Part shown: piece after piece, positions 63,205 through 64,000 of the stretch
How the letters are laid out: every line of letters starts with the position of its first letter
Numbering within the stretch: the stretch's first letter is position 1
Source of the DNA: Carcharhinus amblyrhynchos
Lineage: Eukaryota
Direction of reading: 5' to 3'
DNA length: 64,000 bases
Assembly (NCBI GenBank): GCA_965287045.1
Contig: OZ336874.1
Location: 58,156,001 to 58,220,000 of the forward strand
The notes under the pieces: model-generated
The model's input: the letters and a program-made list of their open reading frames with translations, nothing else
Told to the model about the DNA's origin: nothing
Database searches by the model: none
Position numbers and translations under genes: made by a program

Positions 63205-64000
63205 CTCGCAGAGCTCCATCCCCAACATCACCAAGGAAGCCCCCTACACAACTCCCTACCCTCCCAGCACTATCTACACCAGGGCATTACCCTCAGTGGC
63301 CTGGGCCTGTGCACCTCCCTGCTGTGACTGGAGTTCCTGAACTTCCTAACTCTCAGACCACAATCAGTAAAGATAGGAAACAACACCTCCTCCACGATCA
63401 TCCTCAACATCAGTGCCCTACAAGGCTGTGTTCTTAGGCCCCTACTATACTCCTTATACACCTATGATTGTGTGACCAAATTCCCCTCCAACTCGATTTT
63501 CAAGTTTGCTGACGACAGCACCGTAATGGGTCGGATCTCAAACAATGATGAGACAGAGTACAGGAATGTTAAAGAGCATCTGGTGAACTGATGCGGTGAC
63601 AATAATCTCTCCCTCAATTTCAACAAAACGAAGGAGATTGTCATCGACTTCAGGACGCATAGAGGAGAACATACCCCTGTCTACATCAATGGGGATGAAG
63701 TAGAAAGAGTCAAGAGCTTCAAGTATTTAGGTGTCCAGACCACCGATGATCTGCCTTGATACCTCCATGCTGACACTGGTTAAGAAAGCCCAACTACGCC
63801 ACTACTTTCTCAAAAGACGAAGGAAATTTGGCATGTCAGCTACAACTCTCACCAACTTTTACAGATGCACCACAGAAAGCATTCTTTCTAGTTATATCAC
63901 AGCTTGTATGGCTTCTGCTCTGTCCAAGACTGCGAGGAACTACAAAAGGTTGTGAATGTAGCCCAATCCATCATGCAAACCAGCTTCTCATCCATTGACT
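63205..64000 (+). mobile_element. Rex1/Babar-clade LINE RT fragment, running off the window end
   Basis: Reads NFLTLRPQSVKIGNNTSSTIILNISALQGCVL...LLYSLYTYDCVTKFPSNSIFKFADDSTVMGRISNNDETEYR, then KKAQLRHYFLKR and TNFYRCTTESIL. Confidence 0.88.

Noticed and set aside
1-64000. CRISPR arrays, operons or other prokaryotic systems; the remaining 60-110 aa ORFs as genes
   Set aside because: The sequence is spliced vertebrate gene plus intron. No regular repeat-spacer array is seen, and the short ORFs are repeat-derived or random.

Overview
AT-rich vertebrate genomic DNA, most likely from a shark or other cartilaginous fish (inferred from HE1-type tRNA SINEs, CR1/HER1-like LINEs and SacSINE1/DeuSINE-like repeats). 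The whole window lies inside one + strand gene of the Groucho/TLE co-repressor family, best matching TLE1. Six coding exons with GT-AG boundaries are readable: 27230-27292, 28256-28330 (alternative donor at 28360), 36044-36248, a 17-nt microexon at 40008-40024, 60315-60434 and 61870-61923. They cover the end of the Q domain, the GP domain and the CcN domain; the gene start and the SP/WD40 exons lie outside the window. The rest is intron filled with decayed transposons (CR1, a second CR1/L2-type LINE, RTE, Rex1/Babar, L1 ORF1, Penelope, Harbinger and MITEs, SINEs). The most notable observations are: a nearly intact minimal hammerhead ribozyme in a Penelope 3' end on the pre-mRNA strand (46880-46916); a 37-bp hairpin centred on the hammerhead AGCT palindrome next to a ~228-bp inverted duplication (9419-10090); a second ~196-bp inverted duplication (19729-20684); and an intron read-through that would give a short AES/Grg1-S-like TLE1 isoform. 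Repeat family names are from recognition by eye, not database searches, and repeat boundaries are approximate. I see no evidence for a prokaryote-type novel system.
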